A stretch of DNA of 54,380 bases from a bacterium (GTDB taxonomy: Bacteria > Hinthialibacterota > Hinthialibacteria > Hinthialibacterales > Hinthialibacteraceae), in assembly GCA_963663405.2 (NCBI GenBank), contig CAXXSM010000017.1:1-54380 (forward strand), in the 5' to 3' direction. The first letter of the stretch is position 1; each line of letters starts with the position of its first letter. Position numbers and translations under genes: made by a program. The notes beneath the pieces are model-generated. The model did not search any database, had not been told where the DNA came from, and saw only the letters and a list, made by a program, of their open reading frames with translations. Positions 18,773 to 28,664 of the stretch are shown in pieces.

Positions 18773-20041
18773 TTACTCATGCCGCAGCGCGACGATCGGG
18801 TCCAAATTGGAAGCCCGGATCGCGGGATAAATCCCAAAGATGATTCCTACTCCCATACTGATTCCCAACGATAGGATCAAACTGAACCAGCTGACAACCG
18901 TCGGCATCCCCGCTAATAGCGTAATCAACCAGGGAATGAGCAAGCCAATCCCTATACCGATCAATCCACCGGTTGTTGAGAGAACGACGGTTTCGATTAA
19001 AAATTGAATAATGATCTGTTGTTTCTTGGCGCCAATGGCCCGGCGGATTCCGATTTCGCGTGTCCGTTCCGTCACGGAAGCCAGCATGATGTTCATGATG
19101 CCGATTCCCCCAACCAGCAGGCTGATACCGGCGATCGATCCTAGAACGATATTAAACGTCCGTTTTGTCGCTTCCGCCTGTCGCAGCAAAGCCAGGGGAA
19201 CGCTTATGCGGTAATCCGTCTTTTTATGAAATCTCTTGAGCATAGTTTCGATTCCTGTCGCGGTTGACTCAACCTGATCGGTGGATTCCACTTCCACAAT
19301 GATCTGGTGCAGTTCGACTCGTTCGCGTGTTTCCGAACCGGATACCCTCTTAAGGAATATATCGCCAAACCGTTCCTGAGCTACAACGAGTGGGATATAC
19401 GCGTCGATCTCCTCGTCGGGTGTTTGCACGTCTCCGCCGACGCTGCCCGCGTTTTGGATAATGCCGACGACTTCAAAATAAAAGCCTCCAAGCCGGAGTT
19501 TTTCACCGATCGTGTTTCGGGTCGCCAAGAGTTTCCGGGTTCCATGTTCTGTAAGAACCACGACATTCTTTCTGTTTGTTATATCACTACGAACCAGCTC
19601 GCGTCCGGCGACGAGGGAGCGTTTGACTAATTCAAACCAGTCCGGCGTGGTTCCGACCACTCGCAATTCCATCACGCGATCCCCCAAACGGCCTTCCTTG
19701 CGAACGACCTTGGCGGGCACGGTTTTGCGCACGCTGGGAAAACTCTCGGCGATGCGTTTCTCGTCATCATAGAGAAGGCCATACATACTCATAAAAACGC
19801 GCATATTGGTCGCCGTTTCTTCTTCGATCGGCTTGGCCGCGTTGATAATGATATTCAAGCTGCCTAACTTCCGTATCCGGTCGAGCGCTTCCTTGCTCGC
19901 CCCTTCACCGACAGCCAGCATGGCGATTACGCTTCCGACGCCGAACACCACTCCAAGCATGGTCAAGAAAGAGCGCAGTTTGTGGAGAAGCAGGTTTTTC
20001 ACTCCCAGGTTGATTTCCCGGACATATTTATTAAATATCAT
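18773..20041 (-). CDS. MacB-family ABC transporter permease
   Basis: KLRSFLTMLGVVFGVGSVIAM; VGGIGIMNIMLASVTERTREIGIRRAIGA; LDPIVALRHE. Confidence 0.95.
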   Translation of the reverse strand: MIFNKYVREINLGVKNLLLHKLRSFLTMLGVVFGVGSVIAMLAVGEGASKEALDRIRKLGSLNIIINAAKPIEEETATNMRVFMSMYGLLYDDEKRIAESFPSVRKTVPAKVVRKEGRLGDRVMELRVVGTTPDWFELVKRSLVAGRELVRSDITNRKNVVVLTEHGTRKLLATRNTIGEKLRLGGFYFEVVGIIQNAGSVGGDVQTPDEEIDAYIPLVVAQERFGDIFLKRVSGSETRERVELHQIIVEVESTDQVESTATGIETMLKRFHKKTDYRISVPLALLRQAEATKRTFNIVLGSIAGISLLVGGIGIMNIMLASVTERTREIGIRRAIGAKKQQIIIQFLIETVVLSTTGGLIGIGIGLLIPWLITLLAGMPTVVSWFSLILSLGISMGVGIIFGIYPAIRASNLDPIVALRHE

Positions 20042-20751
20042 ACTCTCTTTCCTTCGATGCGTTCAATCTTCCCGTCTTTCATGTAGAGGTGATGATTCGC
20101 GTATTCCGCTAAGTACTGTTCGTGCGTCACCATGATGATGGTTTTTCCCTGCCGGTTCAGATCAATGAGAAGATTCATGATCTCCTGCCCGGTCGAGGAA
20201 TCGAGATTGCCGGTGGGTTCGTCCGCGAGCAGGATCGCGGGATCGTTGGCGAGGGCGCGGGCAACCGCGACACGCTGCTGCTGTCCGCCCGAGAGTTCCA
20301 TAGGCCGGTGATTCAGGCGTTCTTCCAATCCTACCATCCTCGCCAGAAGCCGCGCCCGTTCGGCGCTTTTTTCCGGATCCCATCCCTGATAATAGAGAGG
20401 CAGTTGAATGTTTTCTTCCACCGTGGATTGGGGAATTAAGTTAAAACTCTGAAAAATAAAACCCAAGTGGCGAAGACGCATTTCACTCAGTTGATTATCA
20501 TCTAAAACGCTGACATCCTGCCCACTTAAGAGGTATTGACCTGACGTCGGGCGGTCCAAGCATCCGAGCAGGTTCAGCATCGTGCTTTTCCCCGACCCGC
20601 TTGGACCTAGAATGGCCCAAAAACTGCCTTCCTTAAAGGAGATCGTGATTCCTCGAAGCGCTCTGACGATTTGGGCGCCCATTTGATAGTGTTTGGTCAC
20701 ATTATCGAGATAGGCGGCGATTCCATTTGTATTCACTGATTGCAACGTCAT
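20038..20751 (-). CDS. MacB/LolD-family ABC transporter ATP-binding protein
   Basis: [33 protein letters not shown]. Confidence 0.96.
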   Translation of the reverse strand: MTLQSVNTNGIAAYLDNVTKHYQMGAQIVRALRGITISFKEGSFWAILGPSGSGKSTMLNLLGCLDRPTSGQYLLSGQDVSVLDDNQLSEMRLRHLGFIFQSFNLIPQSTVEENIQLPLYYQGWDPEKSAERARLLARMVGLEERLNHRPMELSGGQQQRVAVARALANDPAILLADEPTGNLDSSTGQEIMNLLIDLNRQGKTIIMVTHEQYLAEYANHHLYMKDGKIERIEGKRV

Positions 20752-22700
20752 TATTGTTCAGCGCCCCTGTCCCCCCTGTTTCCGGAAGGGGAGGGTCCCC
20801 CCCCCTCGGAAGACGATTCCCGTCCTTGCCGGAATCGATTGCGCATGGCTTCGCGTTCTTCCTCCGACATGTTTTCAAACCGTTTACGCATCTCTTCCCT
20901 TTGTTCGGGAGTCATATTTGGCCGAGTCCCCCCTCGGCCGCCTCGTCCAGCTCGTTCGCCCTGGCCGCTATCATCCGATGAACGGCCCATACGGCCGCCC
21001 TGACCACCACTCATACCTTCCGGTAAAAAGCCTCTACGGCCGCCCTGACCGCCCATACCTTCCGGCGAAGTACCTCCGCGGCCACTCTGACCATTCATCC
21101 CCTCTGGAGCGCGATTCGTGTCAGCCGGACCTTGCCCGGACGCATCCTGTTCTTTTAATTTATTTAAGGTATCCTCAATTTTTTGGGAACTGGCTTCATC
21201 CATATTCGCATTGTCTTCGGATAGTTCCGCCGAGGACAGGGGGGGAGTTAATAAGACTTTTTCGCCTTTCTTTAATCCACTGATAATGCGGGCGACCCGG
21301 TTGTTATCCAGACCGAGTTCAACCTCGCGCGGCTCCCATTTATCCCCTTGGGCGATATAAACCGTCGGTTTACCCCCGATGCGCAGCACCGCCTGCACTG
21401 GAACGTATAACGCGTCTTCATATTGGTCGATGATAATTTCAGCACGGCAGCTCATCCCACTGCGAAGTTCTTCTCCATCCCCGTCGATGAGAATTTCCGT
21501 GTTGTACACTTTGAAATCGGGATTCATCCACCGGCTTTGCGCGTCAGGCAAGGGCGCGATTTTATCGACTAGGCCAGTAAAAAATTTCCCTGGAATGGCG
21601 TCCACGGTGATCCGCACGGGCAGACCGGGACGGATTTTATCCAGACTCGATTCTTGAACTTTCACCTCGGCCATATAAGAAGATGTCGTGGGTAGATGGA
21701 TCAAATCCTGGCGTTCACGCACAGTCGATCCCTCTTCCAGCGGTTCGTTGTTGCCACGAAAATTCATCTGTACACTGGTGGCGTAAACCGCCAGGCCGTC
21801 CATGGGCGCATAGATTTTTCCATATCCAATCTGCATGATGACCTTTTCCAGTTTGCTCACTTGACGATCGTATTCAGATTTTTTGGCCAGCAATTCCGCC
21901 GAGGCCTGTACAATGCTGGCCCTGGATTTACGTATCGTTCGTTCGAGGGCCATTTTGGTTTGTTTTACATCGCTTTCGAACTGCGCTAAATCTCTCTTAG
22001 AAGTAAATTCATTCAAGAGAGATAAATCAGCTTTCGACGTATCAAGATTTAGCTGGGCTTGGTGGAAGAGCAATTGGTCTCTTTGCAGATCGGTGTAAGC
22101 AAGATATTTCTCCTTGAATAAGATCTCCGACCATTTCAAATCTTCCTGCGCCTGCACCAATTTTTCTTCATTCAGCGTAATCTTGGATTCTGTTTCTTTT
22201 TGGACTTTGGGGAATTCTCCTTCCATATATTTCTTGAGATCCAGCTGGGCGAATTGATAGTCCAGTTCCGCTAAGTCGATATCGCTCTGGGATTGATTCT
22301 CCACTACCGCCAGATTTTCCCGTGCGCTGACATACGAAGCTTCGGCGTTTTGAACGCTGATTTGCTGATCGATTCGTTTATCCTCCATGGAACTGATGTC
22401 CAGCTCCACCAACAGATCCCCTTTCTTGACTCGCGTGCCTTCGGGGATTAGGTAAATAATCGTGTTGTTCCCTTCCAATTTGCTGGAAATAATCACTTTT
22501 TCACGGGCCTGGATCGTTCCGGATACGGATGCGCTAATGGTCAGCGGTCCCTGCTGCACATCATAAACAAGATTGATCGGGGATTCATTCAACTGGTTGC
22601 TGATTGTCGCATAACTGATCCCGACAATCGTAACCACGGTGAGGATCGCCAGCCAAATCGGCGGGCGCTGAAACAGCCCTTTTGATTGTTTTTCATTCAT
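20751..22700 (-). CDS. MacA/HlyD-family periplasmic adaptor with long Gly/Arg-rich C-terminal tail
   Basis: N-terminal TM, EGTRVKKGDLLVELD, coiled coil, IYAPMDG, VPVQAV, SGLKKGEKV. Confidence 0.9.
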   Translation of the reverse strand: MNEKQSKGLFQRPPIWLAILTVVTIVGISYATISNQLNESPINLVYDVQQGPLTISASVSGTIQAREKVIISSKLEGNNTIIYLIPEGTRVKKGDLLVELDISSMEDKRIDQQISVQNAEASYVSARENLAVVENQSQSDIDLAELDYQFAQLDLKKYMEGEFPKVQKETESKITLNEEKLVQAQEDLKWSEILFKEKYLAYTDLQRDQLLFHQAQLNLDTSKADLSLLNEFTSKRDLAQFESDVKQTKMALERTIRKSRASIVQASAELLAKKSEYDRQVSKLEKVIMQIGYGKIYAPMDGLAVYATSVQMNFRGNNEPLEEGSTVRERQDLIHLPTTSSYMAEVKVQESSLDKIRPGLPVRITVDAIPGKFFTGLVDKIAPLPDAQSRWMNPDFKVYNTEILIDGDGEELRSGMSCRAEIIIDQYEDALYVPVQAVLRIGGKPTVYIAQGDKWEPREVELGLDNNRVARIISGLKKGEKVLLTPPLSSAELSEDNANMDEASSQKIEDTLNKLKEQDASGQGPADTNRAPEGMNGQSGRGGTSPEGMGGQGGRRGFLPEGMSGGQGGRMGRSSDDSGQGERAGRGGRGGTRPNMTPEQREEMRKRFENMSEEEREAMRNRFRQGRESSSEGGGPSPSGNRGDRGAEQ

Positions 22701-24558
22701 GGTTCAATTCCTCCGGGGAAAATTCTTTCCATAAACCTTTTTCGTTGACTTCCAGTAAGCCAAGATCCCGTTGAATCTGCAATTCCGCTACCCGGTAATT
22801 CACCAGCGCATTGGTTAAATCATCTTGCGCTGATAAAAGAGCGGTTTGGGCTTCCAACAAATCTCGAATGTCAATCCGGCCGGCTTCAAGAGAAATATTG
22901 GTGCTGCGCACTCGATTCTGAGCCAGTTCAACCGCCAGAGCCTGGATTTGCAATCCCTCACGAGCCTCTAATAGATCTCTGAGTAAATTACGGATATCTG
23001 TCTTTATTGTATCTTCTAAATCTTGTAAATTGCGCACGGCGCGCTCTAAACTGATCAGGCTGTTCCGGTACGCAATAATCTCCGCGGTGCGTTCAAAGGG
23101 CAAATCCAACGTCAGCAGAGCGTTGTACCGGCCCTTTTGGAAATTGAGGTCGTACCGGTCGGGTTCATCGGCTGTACTAACGCTTCGCCCTTCGCCTACA
23201 TCCACACTTCCGAGCAGGGTGAGTTCCGCCCGCAAATCGTCGGCCGCGACAACGACCGCGCGTTGCGCGTCGTACACTTCCCCTTGGATGGTCCGCAGAT
23301 CGAGGCGGTTCTCAAAGGCTAAACGGATGGCCATCTCTTCATCCAGTTCCATCGGGCCAGCGTTTTCCATCGTGGGTTGACGCAGAACGATCTCCGCATC
23401 CGCCGGGGGAATCTCTTCTTCCCGCATTCTATCCAGATTGATATTGATGATTTGCTGTGCGGAAACGGCGAGACGTTCTAATTCTTCCGTTACCAATTCG
23501 ATTTTTGAGTCGGCGGGAAGACCAAGCAGCACTTTAAAAGAATCCAGTCTTCGTTGATACGTATATTTGGAGCGGATCCATCCTTCCCGCGCGCTTAATT
23601 GTTGTTGGATGGCCTGGTCAACTTGAATGGGGTCCATATCTCCGGCGTCTCCAAGCCGGAGGGAAAAGCGGGCCGTTCTTACACGGCTTTTGTAGTTATC
23701 CTCGGCGTTTTTTACCGAGTCGATCTGTTGGAGAACGGAGAGATAGTTCTGGGCTATATTGACTGCGAAGGTTCGTTTGTACCGTTCAAAATCGTGTATG
23801 GCGTACAACATATTGCGTTCGCTTTGCAGAAGCGGTTCCGCGACGATATGCCGCCCCGCTCCACGCAACAGGGGAATCGTGATCGAGGCGTCCCCGAATA
23901 GACTCTTCGACGAGTCGTTGGATCGATAGAGAAGTTTGACCAGATCCATTCCGATTCGCGCCGATAGAGTGATCCCATTGAGAAACCGGCGGGACAAGTT
24001 GACTGCGCCGGAGGTTACCACGCCGCGTTTCTCATCATCGTTGCCCAAGTTTGCGCTGATATTGTTGTCCAAGGCGCCCGTAAATGTATTACGGAATTGA
24101 TCGCGCCGTAAATCAAGGCTCAATGCCGTGCTGAAGAGACTCTCTTTGCTGGATTGATATTGCCGGCTGTTTTGGGCGGCGATCTGAAGCGCGTCGATCA
24201 GCGTGATCCGTAAGGGCCCTTCGCCTATAGGCTCCGTGGCGCCGTCCACCGTCTCATCGGCCTCCAGGTAATCGTCTTTCGGCCAATGCTCGATCGGTTC
24301 GAGATTTTTTGTTCCCAGAGACGCCGGATTGCTGTATTGCAGATTTTGATCGATCATCAATCGCCGGCGTAAAGTGACCGCCGGGGGCTCGACCAAAAAC
24401 GGTTCGATCTTTCCCAGCGCTTCCATCTGTTTTTGTTCGATTATTTTCGCGGCGGTACGATCGATATTTTCCCGATATTTCCCCGCCGTCGAACACCCTG
24501 TTAGAATTATTAATCCCGCACAAACAAAGAAGAACTGCCCCTTACAATTAGCAATCAA
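22693..24558 (-). CDS. TolC-family outer membrane efflux lipoprotein
   Basis: LTGC lipobox, ITLIDALQIAAQNS, ITIPLLRGAG, AGRIDIRDLLEAQ; first gene of the MacAB-like operon. Confidence 0.88.
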   Translation of the reverse strand: MIANCKGQFFFVCAGLIILTGCSTAGKYRENIDRTAAKIIEQKQMEALGKIEPFLVEPPAVTLRRRLMIDQNLQYSNPASLGTKNLEPIEHWPKDDYLEADETVDGATEPIGEGPLRITLIDALQIAAQNSRQYQSSKESLFSTALSLDLRRDQFRNTFTGALDNNISANLGNDDEKRGVVTSGAVNLSRRFLNGITLSARIGMDLVKLLYRSNDSSKSLFGDASITIPLLRGAGRHIVAEPLLQSERNMLYAIHDFERYKRTFAVNIAQNYLSVLQQIDSVKNAEDNYKSRVRTARFSLRLGDAGDMDPIQVDQAIQQQLSAREGWIRSKYTYQRRLDSFKVLLGLPADSKIELVTEELERLAVSAQQIININLDRMREEEIPPADAEIVLRQPTMENAGPMELDEEMAIRLAFENRLDLRTIQGEVYDAQRAVVVAADDLRAELTLLGSVDVGEGRSVSTADEPDRYDLNFQKGRYNALLTLDLPFERTAEIIAYRNSLISLERAVRNLQDLEDTIKTDIRNLLRDLLEAREGLQIQALAVELAQNRVRSTNISLEAGRIDIRDLLEAQTALLSAQDDLTNALVNYRVAELQIQRDLGLLEVNEKGLWKEFSPEELNHE

Positions 24559-24663
24559 AACTCACTCTCCAATTACCTGCGCGCTGGATGTGTATCCAAA
24601 TTTGATGAGAGTAATCTATACAATGGACGAACACCCATAACTGCCAGGCTTCATATATACTTG

Positions 24664-24762
24664 ATTTATATGAAAATGAGTCTCCAGAACTATCTCATTC
24701 GCAAACTCTTCCGTGACTCATTTTCATTTACAAGTTGTGATCTCAATCATGATGGTTTATAT
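24664..24762 (+). repeat. Dispersed ~100-bp element with 12-bp inverted repeat, copy 1
   Basis: ATGAAAATGAGT-N34-ACTCATTTTCAT plus tail GTTGTGATCTCAATCATGATGGTTTATAT; second copy at 39578-39675. Confidence 0.8.
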
Positions 24763-24949
24763 GATTATAATAATTTCCAATTCAAAAATCCCCCTTTCGG
24801 CCGAGACAGCCTCTCAAGAAAATGGAGGATGGTAAATCAACAAGACATATGTCGTTATAATCGGTGGAGGGGTTCCATTTTTTTAAAACCTGCCAAGATG
24901 TCTAGGGAAAAGACATACCCCTAACACTTATAACGCTGTTCTACAGTTT

Positions 24950-25384
24950 TTATTGACCTTCTATGCCCTTAGTTTTTAAGGACGAGCGAACGCGTTGACA
25001 GAGTAATTGAATCATGCCTCGCATGACTTGCGGTTGTGTATCCATTAATTCCATGAGAACACCGTGTTCGAGAGAGAATAACCGCATGTCTGTAATCGCG
25101 GTAACATCGGCGGAACGAGGTTCCGGATCCAACGCAGAGAGTTCACCGATCACTTCACCATCCCCAACTTCCGCGATCGTTTTATTCCCATCGTGAACGC
25201 ACGCACGGCCTTCTAATATAATATACATCGTGCGGCCTTCATCCCCTTTTTGAATAATCATTGTCCCGGCGGGTATAAATTCTTCTTCGAGAACGGCCGC
25301 CAACTCATAAAGGGTCTCTTCTGACGTTGCAGAAAATAGTGGTACCGTTTTCAAAAATATGATTTTTTCGATCGTCAACAGCAT
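24950..25384 (-). CDS. Stand-alone cyclic nucleotide-binding domain protein
   Basis: IIQKGDEG..MYII.EG, IGELSALDPEPRSADV phosphate-binding cassette; own RBS GAGAGG. Confidence 0.93.
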   Translation of the reverse strand: MLLTIEKIIFLKTVPLFSATSEETLYELAAVLEEEFIPAGTMIIQKGDEGRTMYIILEGRACVHDGNKTIAEVGDGEVIGELSALDPEPRSADVTAITDMRLFSLEHGVLMELMDTQPQVMRGMIQLLCQRVRSSLKTKGIEGQ

Positions 25385-25419
25385 TGTCGTCCTCTCATTC
25401 AGAAAATCTGGAATTCAAT

Positions 25420-28260
25420 TTATCGCTCCAATAACACCCGCGCCACTCGCGAAACCGATTTCTCTTCATCTTGAAGAAACGGTTGCAATACCTTATTTCT
25501 ATCATCCAGTTCGAATTGGGCATAACACCAAAGCGCCGTTTCCCGGATTATAGGATGGGGATCGTGTAGATAAATCTGTATGGATTGCGTATAACCATCC
25601 TGCTTGGTTTGTCCGATCCAGTAGAGTAGACAGGCGCGAGTCCAGGGAGAAACAGTACATTCATCATCGCGCAGCATGACTTCCACTTGTTCCTGGAACG
25701 AAAGGGACATGGAAGGGAAAATCCGGTTCAACTGTTTTAATCGTGTTTTATTAGGGATTTGATCCAGAACTGGGAAAACAAGGTCGCGTAGACTTTTTGA
25801 CAACACATTATCCAGCAGTTCAAGTGTTTGAGCGGCTTGTTTGGTTTCTTTTTGGAAGAAAAGATCCATGGCGCGGATGATCATTGCCGTTTCATACAAA
25901 TACGAAAGCCAGTAGAAGATTCTACGCTGGGACTGGATCAGTTCATTCTGAAGCGCGTCGATTAAAAAAGCGGATTTTGATCCCGTTTCGATTTGTAGTT
26001 CGATCGACAAGATTCGCATGATATATTGAATGTCATTTTTTAAATAGGAATCGATCTTCTCCCGTTCAACCGCGTTTGCTTGATACCGCGTTTCGGCCAA
26101 ACAGGCCAATAGATGATTCTTCAATCCTTGCGGCGGTGTTTCAAGCAAGTGGACCAACGATTCCACTGCGGCTGGCGTCCCCAATCGTTGAAGGATAGTA
26201 ATCGCCGCACGCTGCGCCATATACGATGAATGAGAATCAGCCAGAATAGTAATAAGATATGGGAGAATCGGATCGCCGAATCGAACGAGCGCGCTGGATA
26301 CATGCCCAATCAAGGCTTTATGATTGAGGGCGTCAACGAGAACTGGGATTAGTTGCGGACTTCCCAACTGACCGGAGGATTGGATTGCAGCCCGGCGGAC
26401 GGAAAGATCCTCGTCTTGGATCAATCGTCCAAGAGGACGGTAAAAACTTTCGATTTTCGCGCTTCCCAGGAGCGCCGCCGCCTGGCGCCGCTGGAGTGGA
26501 TCGGACGATTGCGCCAATTGCAGGATGTAATTCCCAGCGATCAGCGTTCCTTCAATGCCTCCATATTTTAATAAACCTACCACGCTGCCGGATACGACAT
26601 CTTGGTGTGGATTCGAAACATACGATTGTACAAGTTCAATTTCATCACTCTCCATTAGGGAGGCGAAGGCGCGGATCGCGGTTCCACGGACTTTTCCACT
26701 GGGATCAGAGTCCATCAGTGGGGGCAGTTCATCTTTGAGTTCCTGATTGCCCCGCTTTTCGATGAGAGACAACGCTTGCATACGGATTTCTTCCGAGGAA
26801 TGACGGCACAAGCGCCGGAATTGCTCCGCGTCGATCTCCGCATTCAATTCATCGATATGATGTAAGACCGTGTGAACGACGGAAGGCTGAGGACTTGTGA
26901 GAGAGCGTTGAAGAATCCGCAGCGTCTCATCATCCTGTGGAATTTCGGTTTTCCCACCGAGAGTCTGTTTAACCACGGCGGTTCGAAGAACTCGTAAGTA
27001 ATCCATACGTAAATAAACAGCGGCGCAACCCCAAAGTACAAGAATCCCAAGAAAAATCCACGCAATAGCGGCCGTATGAAACAAAAAGAGATTCGTTAGC
27101 ACTAATAGTGTGATACCCGCAAAACCGCTGGTCACGGATTTCACAACACTCTCGATCATCGCTTGAACGCGGTTCCTTATTGGAAAAGGAATCGGTTGGC
27201 ATAAGATATGAAGAGTGGGTTCATGCACCGCGCTCCCCATGACATCATTAATTGTTTTTAATAGAAGGATGGAGATGAGTAAAATAAAAGGCCACTCCAC
27301 GAAGGTGGAGAGGATTGTCCCCGGAAATACGGCGAGAAAGGCTAAGACTGGTATCGTCAATAATGCGGCCGTTAAACCAAAATAATTCAAAAACCGGCCT
27401 GAAAAAAAGGTCCGGAATATGATGTTGATACTTCCCACAACCGCGTAAAAAAGCCCAAAAAACCACGCCAGTTTTTTTTCATCAGGGAAGTGATTTTTCA
27501 CTTCGCTAAAAAATAGAAAATCCGCGAAGTTAAACGCGATCACCGAACAGGCGATCATTGTAGCGATCCAAACGGCATAGGTATTTTTCCAAATATTTCC
27601 GGAATGTTTGGTTTTCTCTTTTGATCGATTGCTCATGTTCGATGAACGCAGCGCAGGCGCGTACTGCTGAAATGTGAACCGGACGATGAAAAAAATGACG
27701 CCTATACTCCCAATCGATACCCAGAGCATATTTTCGATTCCCAACTGAGAAGAAAGAAAAGGAACCGTCAGTCCCCCAAACACCATCGCGGCGATCCGGC
27801 CGGAACCAATCGGACCGAACAACCGTTTGGCCTGCCGTATGTCAAATAAACAGTTCGCGATACTCCAGAACACCAATAAACCCAGCGTCAATATGATCTT
27901 TGCCCAGACAAAAAATAATAAAACCAATACTTTCGAAGCGGAAAAGTAAAAAAGAAAGCGGAACGCGAGAATCGAGAGCAGCGTGACAGCCACATTGCCG
28001 AGAAGAAGAGCCTGAAAAGAGACGCGTTTCTGAAAATAGCCGTATACAATCCCCGTTACTGTAACAAAGATGGAAATCCCAATGAACAGATACGGCAGCG
28101 ATTGAATTTCGAAATAGGTTAAAAACAGGATCTGCGCGGTTGTATCGACATAAATCTGCGCCAAGCCGATTAAAAAAGAATGAAATAGCAGCAATAAAAA
28201 AGGTTTGAATTCATTCGCGCGCAATTCGAAAATGGCTTGGAGAATACGTTTCATTTGCAC
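25420..28260 (-). CDS. Npt1/Npt2 (TLC, ATP/ADP translocase-like MFS) transporter fused to HEAT repeats
   Basis: About 12 TM segments with FWSIAN.LFDIRQAKRLFG; C-terminal HEAT repeats (D....VR..A). Confidence 0.85.
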   Translation of the reverse strand: MQMKRILQAIFELRANEFKPFLLLLFHSFLIGLAQIYVDTTAQILFLTYFEIQSLPYLFIGISIFVTVTGIVYGYFQKRVSFQALLLGNVAVTLLSILAFRFLFYFSASKVLVLLFFVWAKIILTLGLLVFWSIANCLFDIRQAKRLFGPIGSGRIAAMVFGGLTVPFLSSQLGIENMLWVSIGSIGVIFFIVRFTFQQYAPALRSSNMSNRSKEKTKHSGNIWKNTYAVWIATMIACSVIAFNFADFLFFSEVKNHFPDEKKLAWFFGLFYAVVGSINIIFRTFFSGRFLNYFGLTAALLTIPVLAFLAVFPGTILSTFVEWPFILLISILLLKTINDVMGSAVHEPTLHILCQPIPFPIRNRVQAMIESVVKSVTSGFAGITLLVLTNLFLFHTAAIAWIFLGILVLWGCAAVYLRMDYLRVLRTAVVKQTLGGKTEIPQDDETLRILQRSLTSPQPSVVHTVLHHIDELNAEIDAEQFRRLCRHSSEEIRMQALSLIEKRGNQELKDELPPLMDSDPSGKVRGTAIRAFASLMESDEIELVQSYVSNPHQDVVSGSVVGLLKYGGIEGTLIAGNYILQLAQSSDPLQRRQAAALLGSAKIESFYRPLGRLIQDEDLSVRRAAIQSSGQLGSPQLIPVLVDALNHKALIGHVSSALVRFGDPILPYLITILADSHSSYMAQRAAITILQRLGTPAAVESLVHLLETPPQGLKNHLLACLAETRYQANAVEREKIDSYLKNDIQYIMRILSIELQIETGSKSAFLIDALQNELIQSQRRIFYWLSYLYETAMIIRAMDLFFQKETKQAAQTLELLDNVLSKSLRDLVFPVLDQIPNKTRLKQLNRIFPSMSLSFQEQVEVMLRDDECTVSPWTRACLLYWIGQTKQDGYTQSIQIYLHDPHPIIRETALWCYAQFELDDRNKVLQPFLQDEEKSVSRVARVLLER

Positions 28261-28664
28261 GTTGCAATCTCGATCCTATTCGTGAGTATAAAACGAGTTT
28301 CATGAACGTTCTCGTTCAGATAAGCAAGATGGGCCGCGTCTTTACGACCCACCGGATACCTCAGCTAAATCAACCAGATAAGTTGATCTCATCCGGGAAG
28401 AAAATAAACAATATCAATAGGGAAAGCAAGTGGGATTGATTGCAAGAGAGAAAGGAAAAAGAGATTCTCTTGAAAATCACAGTGGTCTAAAAAAAGAGCG
28501 ATATTCTATAAATTAAAAGCGTATCAGGCAAAAAGATTGTCTTAATGAGCAAGCCTGGATATCACCAGCAGGTTTTATAACTATACTAACAGTAGAGTAC
28601 TACACAGGGATCCCATTCTCATAAATGGATACTCCCATAATTTTGGCTCACATGGAGTGATAAC

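Noticed and set aside
28330-28352. Resemblance to the c-di-GMP-I riboswitch segment GGGACGCAAAGCC
   Set aside because: The upstream GGCAAAC/GNRA P2 elements are absent.
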